64,000 nt of DNA from Mytilus trossulus (lineage: Eukaryota): the NCBI RefSeq assembly GCF_036588685.1, contig NC_086375.1, forward strand, positions 52,266,001 to 52,330,000, written 5' to 3'. Positions within the stretch are counted from its first letter, which is position 1, and each line of letters begins with the position of its first letter. The position numbers and the translations under genes are program-made. Shown here in pieces: positions 26,609-40,100 of this stretch. The notes below the pieces were generated by a model. The model saw only the letters and a program-made list of their open reading frames with translations, searched no databases and had not been told where the DNA came from.

Positions 26609-29315
26609 TTACAATAATAGAATTGTTAAAACAAGAGTCCAGCTTTAAAACAACTGGTATATTTAAACGGTTTCAGGAGAATAAATCATAAAAATTATTA
26701 GCTGGAAGATAGTATGTTTACAAGGTCGAATAGTAACCTAACAACAGAAAAGAAGTAAGTTTACCAAATGGGTTTTAATCTGTTGGTTGCTGGAAAAGGT
26801 GTCCAGACAAATCGTAATAGTTGTATATAAGACGATGTGGTGTGAGTCCCAATAATATAACTCTTAGTCCAAGTCAAAATTTGTGGTAAACTATGATAGG
26901 TCAAACATAAAAAAAAGATGTGGTAGGATTGCAAATGAGACATCTCTCCAGACCAAATGACACAGAAATTAACAACTATAGGGTACCGTATGGCCTTCAA
27001 CAATAAGCAAAGCCCATACCGTATAGAAAGTTATAAAAGGCCCCGAAATGACAATGTAAAACAATTCAAACGAGAAAACGGCCTTATTTATGTGCAAACA
27101 AAATAATTACGAAAAACAAATATGTAACATATAAACAAACGACAACCACTAAACTACTACCTCCTAACTCGGGGAAAGGCACATTCATACAGAATGTGGC
27201 GGGATCACATCCCTCTCCCGTCCTAACCTGGGACAGTGTATAACAGTGAACAGTTTTTACAACATAGCCTTGGCTCACACCGAACAGTAAGCTATAAGAG
27301 CCAAATTATACTAGTGTAAACGGAAGAACCCATTGAAATAAAAAAAATGAAAAAAAAACCTTATGAACCACACTAACAAACGACAACTACTGAACATCGG
27401 GTTCCTGGTTTAGGATAGGTGCAAACAGATGCAGCGAGTTCATGTATAACTTTGGACTAGCATAGTATTTTTTAATTAAACCGAGAAAAACATTAAATAT
27501 TTTACAAAATTGTACATTAACTGTGTATAATATGCAGTATATTTAAAACAATTACACAAACTTTATAAAAATTTCTTCACACAATTCGTGAACTTGGAGT
27601 TGACACACCAACGCCTTCATAAAAACGAACTATATTTTAGTTTTACATTTTGTTATTCAACGTGAATATGAGAACTTTAATATAGAGATGAAACACGAAG
27701 TTTAAATTCATATCTTCCCACGATCATAGCCTGTACCGTCAAAGAACAGGAATTTTTATTTGAAAACGACATATAATAATATCCATCAAGGTTTAAATAC
27801 AAATTAGGTATGTACTCCTTGATTAAACAAGCGTGGTATTTTCCAGTTTATACCAAATGACACTGAATATATTGAAGTTACGACAGTGAACATATTTTCA
27901 GTCAGTGACCTTCATATTCATTTTGAATGGTAGAATGAATTTCAAATCAAATTATAAAATGTAGTTCGTTCATGAACTGATTTGTACGAAGATAAAGAGA
28001 CAAGCATCCGCCTAATCTGAAAACGTTTCTTCTCAACTAAAGTCCCAAATTGTAAGTTGAGGAAGAAAAATCATCCTATAGGCATTTCAGCTTTATTCTA
28101 AAGCTTTAAAAAATCAAAATAATATTTTAGATCTATCTTCCTCTAGGTAATTATCATTAAAAAACGTACACGATTCATCTAATCGTTCTTAATTAGATGG
28201 CGGATATTGAGGTTAATCATAATGACCCTACAAATTTCGCCGAATGTCATGTATGCTTCGAAAAAAAGCAAAATAGCAAAATTACCGAACTCCCAAGGAA
28301 AATTCAAAACGAAATGTCCTTAAAAGTTCATTAAAAGGCAAAATCAAATGATCAAACAAATCAAACGAATGCAAAACAATTGTCATTTTCCTGACTTTGT
28401 ACAGGGATTTCCATGTGTAGAACATGGTGGATTGAACTTGAATTTATAGCTGTCTAAACCTCTCAGTTATATGAAAGTCGCATTATATTGACAACAATGT
28501 GTGAGCAAAATAAACAGACATAAAAGGCAAAAGTGTAAACAAAAATTTCTCATGTGCATTCACCAATTCCCGTCCCCAAGTATATGAACTAATTCGTTCT
28601 CATGTTAAAGTGAACGGCTAAAAGAAACAAAGAAATAACGCGCATTAGTTAGGAAGTATATGTTTTCCATATCATTGGAAGTTATGGGATATTTATCCAG
28701 GATAAAGTGTTTCATAGTTCTGTTGCATTTCCGACAGACCATATGCTCTATAATTGTTGAATCCGTCTGCCCTTTTAATCACTCAATTCAACTCTAATGT
28801 ACATTGACAAGTTATTGTACTTCAATTATGTCGATTATGTCCTCCGAATTAATTTCCCTTGTTGCTATAATGTGTTTATAATTTAAAAAACAAAAAAACA
28901 AATGTCATTGTCAGTATTTGAAGGAACGTCTCACGATGTATGCTTAGGAACATCTCGCAATATATTTATGTTATTCATAAATAACATTCTAATGTTAACC
29001 TTCAGGCTTATGTAAAGTTGTTGTAGGTTAATACGAAATAACTATGATAAGTAAAACCACTAAAATAAAGAACTCCGAGGACAATTCAAAATGGAAAGTC
29101 CCTAACCAAATAACAAAATTAAAAGAAAACAACTTTCATATTTGCATTATAATATGTTTCCCAAACTATGGAAAAGCGACAAAATTAAAGATCCTTCCAT
29201 CGATTGCTTATAATGTTTTTTTTTATATTTTGTTCCCTTGACATCCATTACATTTCCCTTTCCACAAACAGGTAGATTCAGTTTCGTAACCACTGTATTA
29301 GCTTTTTTACACCCG

Positions 29316-29690
29316 ATAAAAAAGGCAACAGTAGTATACCACTATTCGAAATTCCTAAATCGGTTGAGAAAAAAAAACAAATCCGGGTTACAAACTTAAA
29401 CTGAGGGAAACACATCAAATATAAAAGGAGAACTACGACACAACAGACACACAACATTAAAATGTAACACACACAGAAACGAACTATAATAACAATAGCC
29501 ATTTTTCTGACTTGGTACAGGACATTTTAATAAAGAAAATGTAGGGTTGAATTTGGTGTTGTGGCATGCCAAACCTCCCGCTTCTATGGCAATGTTTAAT
29601 ATAACATTAAAATGACAACATTTTATGATAGTACAACAATACAAATAAATGGGAGAACATATAGGACAGATAAACACACGAATAATATCT
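29316..29690 (+). mobile_element. Unclassified interspersed repeat (aaaggcaacagtagtataccgctgttc family)
   Basis: Related copies at ~1265-1435, 34953-35333 (-), 43180-43330 (-), 45210-45385 (-), 46433-46490. Confidence 0.65.
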
Positions 29691-32600
29691 TACAAAATGT
29701 GCCAGGTTTAAAATTTAATACGCCAGACGCCCGTTTCGTCTACACAAGAATAACCAGTGACGCTCTGGTAAAACCGGTGACTTACTACAAAATAAAAACG
29801 TTAAGATAAATAACCTAAACCAGCATATAAAATTTACAGCCACGTTAGCCAAAAATGATAAACGCATAAAAATAGGTTAGAATTAGGATAGAATTCAAGA
29901 TTATGGTTAAAATGTTGATATTACATTTTTCAAACAGCTCAATGCCACCAATTTGTCTCCAACGTAGCGAAAACTTCAGAAAACTTCAGCTGCTCTCAAA
30001 ACAGGTATATAAATAATTCAGCGAAATGGACGTCATACTCACTCCGTAACATATAAATGAAGCAAACATTTCAAAATCCACAATACTTAGAAAGGCTAGA
30101 GATTCTAACTTTGGACAGGCGTAATCATGCAAACATGTTTTATGCGATATCAACCCCTAAAGACTCAGCAAAACTATCTTTAGTTGTAAAACGAAAACCA
30201 TAGACGAGGCTGTTATTTATTCTTAAAGATAAAAATTGGATTATAATTGTAAGTTGATGTCAGTTTATAATCATGTTTACATAATTAGATATACTTGTCA
30301 TTGCTCTACGTCTGCGTTGTACAATATGCATTATCAATCTGTTATGACAACAAGAAAAAAAACTTAAAATAATAACGAGAAAAGTCCTCAGTTTCTTTAA
30401 AATCTCATTTTGTACAGGTAGGCTGAAGAACATGAGCAGTAAAAGCAATCAGATTATACAAAATCAACTCTTTTGGAGCTACAATGCAAAATGTTTTGAC
30501 TCTAAGTCATCTTCTCTAAAACTAAATGGCTACCAAACTAGGTACAAATGATCTATGGAAGTCCGTCTACAAGTGCTCTTCGATTTTATTCTCATCGGAA
30601 GAAAAACAAAAACGTCCACCAAATGTAGAATAAATAGGATCGGTCAATGTTAAAAAAAGTGTATGCTGTGAAATAATTTGTTTTAACTTTATAAGTGGGT
30701 TTCTGATTTGGAGACCATTTTACAAACAAACTTAAGCTAAAGATAATTAATAATTATGGAAAAGTCAACCATTAACCACTTTTTATACTTCTAAACAGTA
30801 TCGAAGGATAAACATATTTAATAACTTGGAGTTCACATTTATATTAAATATAAAATATCCATAAAACATGACATTTGATTTTACAACTTTTCATCAAATA
30901 TGCGTATTTATCATTGTACTTTACAATATGTCACCCACCCTTGGAATGCTCATAGGTTTGCTAGTTAGTCAATAAAATCTGTGTTTCATTTCTCTTAAGT
31001 GATAACAAAAAGTGAATGGACTTTGCTGTACTAAAAATATCCGTCTTTGAAATAACAAGACAAAATTTCAAGGACATACCTGTGGTTAAGCAGATAGATT
31101 TCCGATTTTTACGCATAATTTCTATTTGCACCATACAGCCGTTGAACATTTATAATGCAGGTTGCAAAACTGGTATACCAAATGTAATTCTTTACCCAAA
31201 TTCCAAAGTTTCTTTTTATATTGATAGTTAGAGTTGCATGTCAACAGTTTTTCATATTTACAATTAATTTGAGAAAAAAGAAGTGGAATTATGTTTATTA
31301 AATTCGACCCCAAATTAAATATATTTAAAATTTTTCATCACATGTGCAATATATGTTGAACCATTGTATTTTTAATACAGATATCTATTAAAGATATCTA
31401 TTACAAAGATGTACATTGACAGTAAAGTGATAAAATTACACTATTATCGGCAACTTGATTCACATTATTTTACAATCTATCCTTAAGCGTATGATTTATT
31501 ATATTATGTGCTATGGTATTTTCACGACTTTTGAGTTTATAATGTTTTTTTCGAAGATTTTATTTTAGTGAACATTTAGTAAACGATAGTTGAAAATGTC
31601 ATATACAGTTTATATCATTTGAGGCATGCATATGGATTTTTAAGATTCAGAGTACCTTAAATGTAACAAAGGAAAATTAAATATTCAGAAATTAAGATAT
31701 TATAGTTCATGACTTAAAATAGTCTCAATCATTAAATAAAACTAATTAAACGAAAACGCTGCAACACAGATAAGCATATTGTTTATCATATTACATATTT
31801 TGAAGTTTTAATCTTCTCTTTTATATCTCTCTTTTGTCCTGCTAGAAAAGAAAGATAAACAACTATTTGTGATAAACATTTCAAATATTTACAAGACATA
31901 AAATATTGATCATTAAAGTCCTTTAAGTTTTTCATCCTGTCTAAAGGTGTGGCAAGGAATCCATAGGTAAAACTTCGATGGCTGATTAATCTCCTAAAAT
32001 GAAATACATTTCTTATCTTGATACATATATGTCACCTGAGGTTAGATGAAATATTTCTACTTGTTTGTCATGCAACTCTGGATTACCTGTATTTGTGGTA
32101 ACTGCCAAACAGGGATGCAGTACGCCTACTGTCTGGTGACCTGTATGTTTGATTTCTTTATTGACGTTGGAGGACATATATAAATTGTTATCTTGTCATT
32201 CATAAGTTGTAATACTCAACCTCGGTTTATTAAACTTCCTTTATAAAAACTCAATAAATTAAACCCATCACCTGCACACATATTAATGTATTATACAATA
32301 TAAAGTTTAAAGTCATATACAAAGTGTATGAATCAGACTTGGTTTATTTATAAATATGATCAGATATATACATCTTCTTGATTTTTTTTCTTTAAAACAG
32401 TTCAAATTTATTTTGATCTTAGTTCTAACTTGAAAAATGAATTATGGATGATTGTTTGATTGTTTACTTGATACTAAATTCTTTAAAAAAAAAACCACCA
32501 AATACAGAAATAAAGAACAAGATCTACTACAGACTCTATACAAAATTCCACTGTCAAGAACGTGACTTTTGCTGCTACAGCACTGTCCATATTAAGGGGA

Positions 32601-32888
32601 CGATTGAGCCTTATCAAAAATATTTAGCACCTCCCAAGCCTTCATGTGCTTGTCCCATAATAGAAATTTGCAATTGTCAGTTGATCAAAATAACCTCATT
32701 TGGTGTAAGATGTATAGTTGCCTCATAAGCAATTATTCCACATCTTTAATTTTCATACCAATACTTCATCCTGATTCAATAAAGATTTTTACTAGATGTG
32801 TTATCACAAATGTAGAATATTCTATAAATTGACAAAAACAGATAGTTCAAAACCAGATTTTTACAATTATTATATTTATTAATAATTT

Positions 32889-33480
32889 AATTTTGGATGT
32901 AACGCGTCTTCTGATCGGGTGACGTTATTTTGTTATCAGCCCATAGCCATAATTCAGTCATGTGATCGCGTTTTCTACGGTTTAAAATGGAATTTAGAAG
33001 TAAATTATAAGAAATGACTGTTATGTTTTTCTGTCTATTCGAAATAACATAAAAAATGTGGTGCACACTTTTGAATAACCCGCTACGCGCGTTATTCAGT
33101 TTGCACAAACTTTTTTATGTTATTTCTTCATAGACCAAAAAAAATATTACAGTCATTCCTTAAAGAAAGCACGATTGTAAGAATCAATCTTTTTCTTTGG
33201 CTTGATTAAAATCTAATTGTGGATGTAACGCAACATCTGATTGGATGACAGTGTTTTGTTTATCAGCTCATGACGTCATCAACTTTTTTTTATGATTTAC
33301 TCCGTCTTTAAATGGAATTTAGAAATATAAGAAATGCCTGAAATATATTTTCTGTCTATTCAAAATAACTTAAAAATGTGGTGCACACTTTTAAATAACC
33401 CGCTACGCTCGTTATTCAGTATGCACCCCATTTGGATGGTATTCCTTCATAGACAGAACAAATATTACAGTCATTCCTTA
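32889..33480. repeat. Two tandem copies of a fold-back element, each with a ~150-bp imperfect palindrome
   Basis: 33008-33162 and 33328-33480: taagaaatgactgt...gaataac-ccgctacgcgc-gttattc...acagtcattcctta. Confidence 0.75.
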
Positions 33481-33949
33481 AATGTATTGATAGAGGTTGT
33501 TTTGATATGGTATCATTTGTTATTTGTTGATTTATATGTCTGTTATACCAGTATTTTTGAGAGCCGTTACTGAACTGACTTTTATTGTACAATATTCTTA
33601 CAACCTTGTTTTGTTTCGTTGACGTGAACGATTGATTGAAAAACCAATACAAGCTTATATACATATTCCTTACAAGAATTGATGTCATTGAATGGCTTTG
33701 TAACTCGCATCCATGAAAGTGACGATTTCCGCTCACCCATTTTCAACCGTCTTTTTTCAGATTTAATGTACCCACGTCCTTTAGTATATCTCAAACAGTA
33801 AAATAAATAAATAAAGAACTCTACGTAAAATTTAAAACAGAAGTTCTATTACCAAATGTTGAATTTAAACACACGAAAACAACTGTATGTTCCTCATATA
33901 CACGCTTGCATGTTCACATAAACTCAAATTGCTTCGGTAGGATAATTAT

Positions 33950-34190
33950 AGATTATCGTTGATTATCTCAACGAGATTGATTTTCTCGCTTGAGCTGGTA
34001 CAGCGAAAGTGAGAAAAGCAATCGAGTTGAGATGACCAATGATAATCTGTTTATCGCTATTTTACCTATGACGACGTTGTCAATTTCAGTGTCAATTTCG
34101 TTAGTTTCTAGCGATAATTTTTCCATCTCAAGCGAGAAGCATGATATGAAAAAAGATCAAAGGAAAAATGCACAAAATAGCGATAATAAT
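33950..34190. repeat. Fold-back element with ~100-bp hairpin
   Basis: agattatcgttgattatctcaacgagattgattttctcgct pairs with agtgagaaaagcaatcgagttgagatgaccaatgataatct; ttatcgctattt (~34051) pairs with aaatagcgataa (~34176). Confidence 0.65.
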
Positions 34191-36765
34191 GCATATTGAT
34201 TGAAATCGACAATACACAATGATCATCATCATCACCACCAAGTAAAGTTGGTTGACCATTACGATGTGTCTATGTTTCAACTCAAGACATGCATGTTTTC
34301 GCGGTATGGATCTATAGATACAATAATGATCTGTACCTTAACTGAACGAGTACTATTCCCTTATGTGATATTTTGATTAAGTTTGAAATATCATGGTTGT
34401 TATTGCATGCACAATAGAAGACGCTTACTGTCAATTCGATTCCTTGTAATTATCTTTTTTTTTTATCTTGATCTGTTTATTTTTGTTTCATTCACGAGAG
34501 TTGAAAATCGGTAAACTATTGCCTGTACTTTACTAAAAATTGCTAGCCCATGTGTCGTATAGTTCACAGTTCCCAAATTAACTGTTGGCAAACCAATATG
34601 TCAACATATAAACACTTCTTGCTTAAGAGAAAAGCTTTAGATAATTTACTGTTATATAATACTGTTAAGAATTGACCAGCATCATTCAGTTTTGACAACT
34701 ATATATAGGTGTGCGGAAAATTATTTCCAATCTCTGAGGCAAAAATTACTATGTCAATAACATACTTCTGATGTCAATGAAAATATTATATAATCGAGAA
34801 AATGTGTTTCGATATAAAAAAACAAGTAATCTATTTACACGGTGTATATGTTTTATAAAACAATTGAAAAAACATGAGTTTTTAACTAAGGATAAACCCA
34901 TCAGAGACCAAAAATTGTGTACGCCAGATGCGCGTTTAGTCGACAAAAGACTTATTTCTATGTTATTCCGTTGTGTTCATGCTGAAATGTATTTTGATAC
35001 CATTTATTTACGTTTTTTGTTTGTTTGTACTGTACTATCATTGTGATTTCAGCAGCATTATTAACATTGCCATATTAGCGGGAGGTGTGGCTAGCCATAA
35101 ACTCAGGTTTAAAATGTCTTTGTCTTAGTAAGGAGTAAAGCAGTTGTTAGCTACAGTCCAGTTTTTATGTATTTTGGTCTTAATTTTTGTTGTAGTTCAG
35201 TGATTCTGTTGTTCTGTTCTTTTCCTCTAAAAATTTAGGTGTTTCCCTCGGGTTTAGTTCGTAACCATGATTGTTTTTGGCTTAATCGAATAATGACTAT
35301 TGAACAGCGGTATACAACTGTTGCCTTTATTTTTCAGTGACGCTCGATCAAAAAGACAGGCATTAAACTTCGAATAGTTTTGCCAAATACAGCTAATGTA
35401 TTTTATTCCTGGGGTAAAAAATCCCGAGTATTTTGAAAAACTCAATGTTTTGTAATCATTTGAGGATATTAATCCTTTGCAGGTATTTACATATTATTCA
35501 GGTGTAAGTAGGAAATTTTTGAAATTCCTTTGATATTGTTATTCGTGTTGACAAGATATGACTAGCATGTAAAAACTAAATTTACATATCATCTTTGGTA
35601 GATAATAGTGTATCTGTATACGACTCTTTGTTTTCAAACTATTCACGTGGATTCGTTATGTAAATGTTTTATTAATGATCGTTTTATAGTTTGATTGTCA
35701 AACGTCTTTTGTATTAGGCATTTATGAATTTTTATACCTGTAAATCTTTCAGACTTATTTCAAGAGCCCGGATAATTAAAAAAAATCGCGATCATTTGCC
35801 TCAAAGCCTATCTGTCCGAGAGGTATAAGACATGGGACGGAGTGCACTCGGATTTGCGACGTTGTCACAGCAGAATATGGTTCAAAACTAGATAGGAGAG
35901 GGCATAACTTTGTTGTGTTTTGTTCATTAGTGTTTGTCTGTTTGTATTTTTTTTCTATGGCGTTGTTGTTTTATTTTCGAATAATGAGACTTGATGCCCT
36001 TCTGGTATCTTTCGCCTCTCATTTGTTCCGAAAAGTTACAGATCTAAAGTTGTTCGGATAAATTTCTTTAAACAAAAAAATGTAGGATGGTTTTGGTTGA
36101 TGGTATAACTTCGATTGTCAAAGAAAAAAAGGAAGGAATGTATGCCTTTCCTCCTTATAGACCTTATATTGAGATGCCCTTTCTCAATAAAAACCGTATG
36201 TTGAGATGTCCTTCCTCATTAAAAACCGTATATTGAGGTACCTTTCCTCATTAAAGATCTTATGCTGAGATGCCTTTCCTCCTTAAATACCGTATGTTGA
36301 GATGCCCTTTTTCATTAAAGACCGTGTGCTGTGATGCCTTTCCGCCTTATAGTCTAACGTACTAAATTATAATCCTGGTACCTTTGGTAATTATTATAGA
36401 CCGTATGATGAGATACCTTTCCCCTTATAGACAGTATATTGATATACTTTTCCTCCTGATAGACCGTTTGTTGAGATGCATTTTCTCCTTAAAGACTGTA
36501 TGTTGAGAGACATTTTCTCCTTAAAGACCATAATTCTGAGATACCTTAAATTTCCATTTATAGACCGTATGTTGAGATACCATTCCTCCTTATAGACCGT
36601 ATGTTGAAGTACCTTTCCTCCTTATAGAACGTATGTTGATATGCCTTTCCTCCTTGAAGTCCGTATGTTGAGATACCCTTCCTCCTTTAAGACTGTATGT
36701 TGAAACCACCTTACTCCTTAAAGATCGTATGCTGAGATGCCTTTCCTCCTTATAGATCATATGTT

Positions 36766-37110
36766 AATAAATAAAATTAACGGTACTAATTTTCTTGCAC
36801 CAGATGCGCATTTCGACAATACATGTCTCTTCAGTGATGCTCGTGGCCAACATATTTGAAATCCAAAGCTTATATAAAAGATGAAGAGCTTTAATCCAAA
36901 AGGTCCAAAAAGTATAGCCAAATCCGTGAAAGAAATCAGAGCTTTGCACGAGGGAGATACATTCCTTAATTTATAATAATTTCTATCATTTTGTAACAGC
37001 AAATTTTAATAACACAAAAAATCCGTATTTTCATGCCAGTACCGAAGTACTGGCTACTGGGCTGGTGATACCCTCGGGGACTAATAGTCCACCAGCAGAG
37101 GCATCGACCC
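36766..37110 (-). mobile_element. Retrozyme family B, single ~345-bp monomer inserted in the 32-bp satellite
   Basis: Matches the tandem unit at 50500-51260 in reverse, contains the hammerhead at 36798-36839, and splits one satellite unit between tatgtt and agatgccc. Confidence 0.85.
36798..36839 (-). ncRNA. Minimal type I hammerhead ribozyme, family B, intact
   Basis: catca-CTGAAGA-gaca(tgtat)tgtc-GAAAT-gcgc-ATC-tggtg with fully paired stems I and II. Confidence 0.85.
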
Positions 37111-40100
37111 AGATGCCCTTCCTTATAAAAGACCGTATGCTGAGATTCATTTGCTCCTTATAGACCGTATGTTGAGATGCCTTTCCTTATTAAAGACCGT
37201 ATGCTGAGATTCATTTCCTCCTTAAAGACCGTATGTTGAGATGATCTTCTTTATTTAAGACCGTATGTTGAGATGCCCTTTCTCCCTAAATGAACGTATA
37301 CTGAGATGCCATTCCTCCTTAAAGACCGTATGTTGAGATGCCCTTTCTCCCTAAATGAACGTATACTGAGATGCCTTTCCTCCTTAAAGACTGTAAAATG
37401 GGATGCCCTTTCTCAATAAAGACCGTATGTTGAGAGGCCTTTCCTCCTTAAAGACCATATGTTGAGATGCCCTTTCTCCTTAAAGACCGTATGTTGAGAT
37501 GTCTTTCCTCCTTAAAGACCGTATGTTGAGATGTCTTTCCTCCTTAAAGACCATATGTTGAGATGTCTTTCCTCCTTAAAGACCATATGTTGAGATGTCT
37601 TTCCTCCTTAAAGACCATATGTTGAGATGTCTTTCCTCCTTAAAGACCATATGTTGAGATGTCTTTCCTCCTTAAAGACCATATGTTGAGATGCCCTTTC
37701 TCCTTAAAGACCGTATGTTGAGATGTCTTTCCTCCTTAAAGACCGTATGTTGAGATGTCTTTCCTCCTTAAAGACCATATGTTGAGATGTCTTTCCTCCT
37801 TAAAGACCATATGTTGAGATGTCTTTCCTCCTTAAAGACCATATGTTGAGATGTCTTTCCTCCTTAAAGACCATATGTTGAGATGCCCTTTCTCCTTAAA
37901 GACCATATGTTGAGATGTCTTTCCTCCTTAAAGACCATATGTTGAGATGCCCTTTCTTCTAAAAGACCATATGTTGAGATGTCTTTCCTCCTTAAAGACC
38001 GTATGTTGAGATGCCCTTTCTCCTTAAAGACCATATGTTGAGATGCCCTTTCTCCTTAAAGACCATATGTTGAGATGTCTTTCCTCCTTAAAGACCATAT
38101 GTTGAGATGTCTTTCCTCCTTAAAGACCATATGTTGAGATGCCCTTTCTCCTTAAAGACCATATGTTGAGATGCCCTTTCCTCCTTAAAGACCATATGTT
38201 GAGATGTCTTTCCTCCTTAAAGACCATATGTTGAGATGCCCTTTCTCCTTAAAGACCATATGTTGAGATGTCTTTCCTCCTTAAAGACCATATGTTGAGA
38301 TGCCCTTTCTCCTTAAAGACCATATGTTGAGATGTCTTTTCTCCTTAAAGACCGTATGTTGAGATGTCTTTCCTCCTTAAAGACCATATGTTGAGATGTC
38401 TTTCCTCCTTAAAGACCATATGTTGAGATGTCTTTCCTCCTTAAAGACCATATGTTGAGATGTCTTTCCTCCTTAAAGACCATATGTTGAGATGCCCTTT
38501 CTCCTTAAAGACCATATGTTGAGATGTCTTTCCTCCTTAAAGACCATATGTTGAGATGTCTTTCCTCCTTAAAGACCATATGTTGAGATGTCTTTCCTCC
38601 TTAAAGACCATATGTTGAGATGCCCTTTCTTCTAAAAGACCATATGTTGAGATGTCTTTCCTCCTTAAAGACCGTATGTTGAGATGCCCTTTCTCCTTAA
38701 AGACCATATGTTGAGATGCCCTTTCTCCTTAAAGACCATATGTTGAGATGTCTTTCCTCCTTAAAGACCATATGTTGAGATGTCTTTCCTCCTTAAAGAC
38801 CATATGTTGAGATGCCCTTTCTCCTTAAAGACCATATGTTGAGATGCCCTTTCTCCTTAAAGACCATATGTTGAGATGTCTTTCCTCCTTAACGACCATA
38901 TGTTGAGATGCCCTTTCTCCTTAAAGACCATATGTTGAGATGTCTTTCCTCCTTAAAGACCATATGTTGAGATGCCTTTTCTCCTTAAAGACCATATGTT
39001 GAGATGCCCTTTCTCCTTAAAGACCTTATGTTGAGATGTCTTTCTCATTAAAGACCGTATGTTGAGATGTCTTTCCTCCTTAAAGACCATATGTTGAGAT
39101 GTCTTTCCTCCTTAAAGACCATATGTTGAGATGCCCTTTCTCCTTAAAGACCATATGTTGAGATGCCCTTTCTCCTTAAAGACCATATGTTGAGATGCCC
39201 TTTCTCATTAAAGACCGTATGTTGAGATGTCTTTCCTCCTTAAAGACCATATGTTGAGATGTCTTTCCTCCTTAAAGACCATATGTTGAGATGTCTTTCC
39301 TCCTTAAAGACCATATGTTGAGATGCCCTTTCCTCCTTAAAGACCATATGTTGAGATGTCTTTCCTCCTTAAAGACCATATGTTGAGATGCCCTTTCTCC
39401 TTAAAGACCGTATGTTGAGATGTCTTTCCTCCTTAAAGACCATATGTTGAGATGTCTTTCCTCCTTAAAGACCATATGTTGAGATGTCTTTCCTCCTTAA
39501 AGACCATATGTTGAGATGCCCTTTCTCCTTAAAGACCATATGTTGAGATGTCTTTCTTCCTTAAAGACCATATGTTGAGATGTCTTTCCTCCTTAAAGAC
39601 CATATGTTAAGATGCCCTTTCTCCTTAAAAACCATATGTTGAGATGCCCTTTCTCCTTAAAAACCATATGTTGAGATGTCTTTCCTCCTTAAAGACCATA
39701 TGTTGAGATGTCTTTCCTCCTTAAAGACCATATGTTGAGATGCCCTTTCTCCTTAAAGACCACATGTTGAGATGTCTTTCCTCCTTAAAGACCATATGTT
39801 GAGATGCCCTTTCTCCTTAAAGACCATATGTTGAGATGTCTTTCCTCCTTAAAGACCATATGTTGAGATGCCCTTTCTCCTTAAAGACCACATGTTGAGA
39901 TGCCCTTTCTCCTTAAAGACCATATGTTGAGATGTCTTTCCTACTTAAAGACCATATGTTGAGATGCCCTTTCTCCTTAAAGACCATATGTTGAGATGTC
40001 TTTCATCCTTAAAGACCATATGTTGAGATGCCCTTTCTCCTTAAAGACCGTATGTTGAGATGTCTTTCCTCCTTAAAGACCATATGTTGAGATGCCCTTT

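Noticed and set aside
31900-32140. Two exon-like segments on the minus strand with plausible AG/GT sites
   Set aside because: No recognisable protein in any phase and no further exons could be linked.
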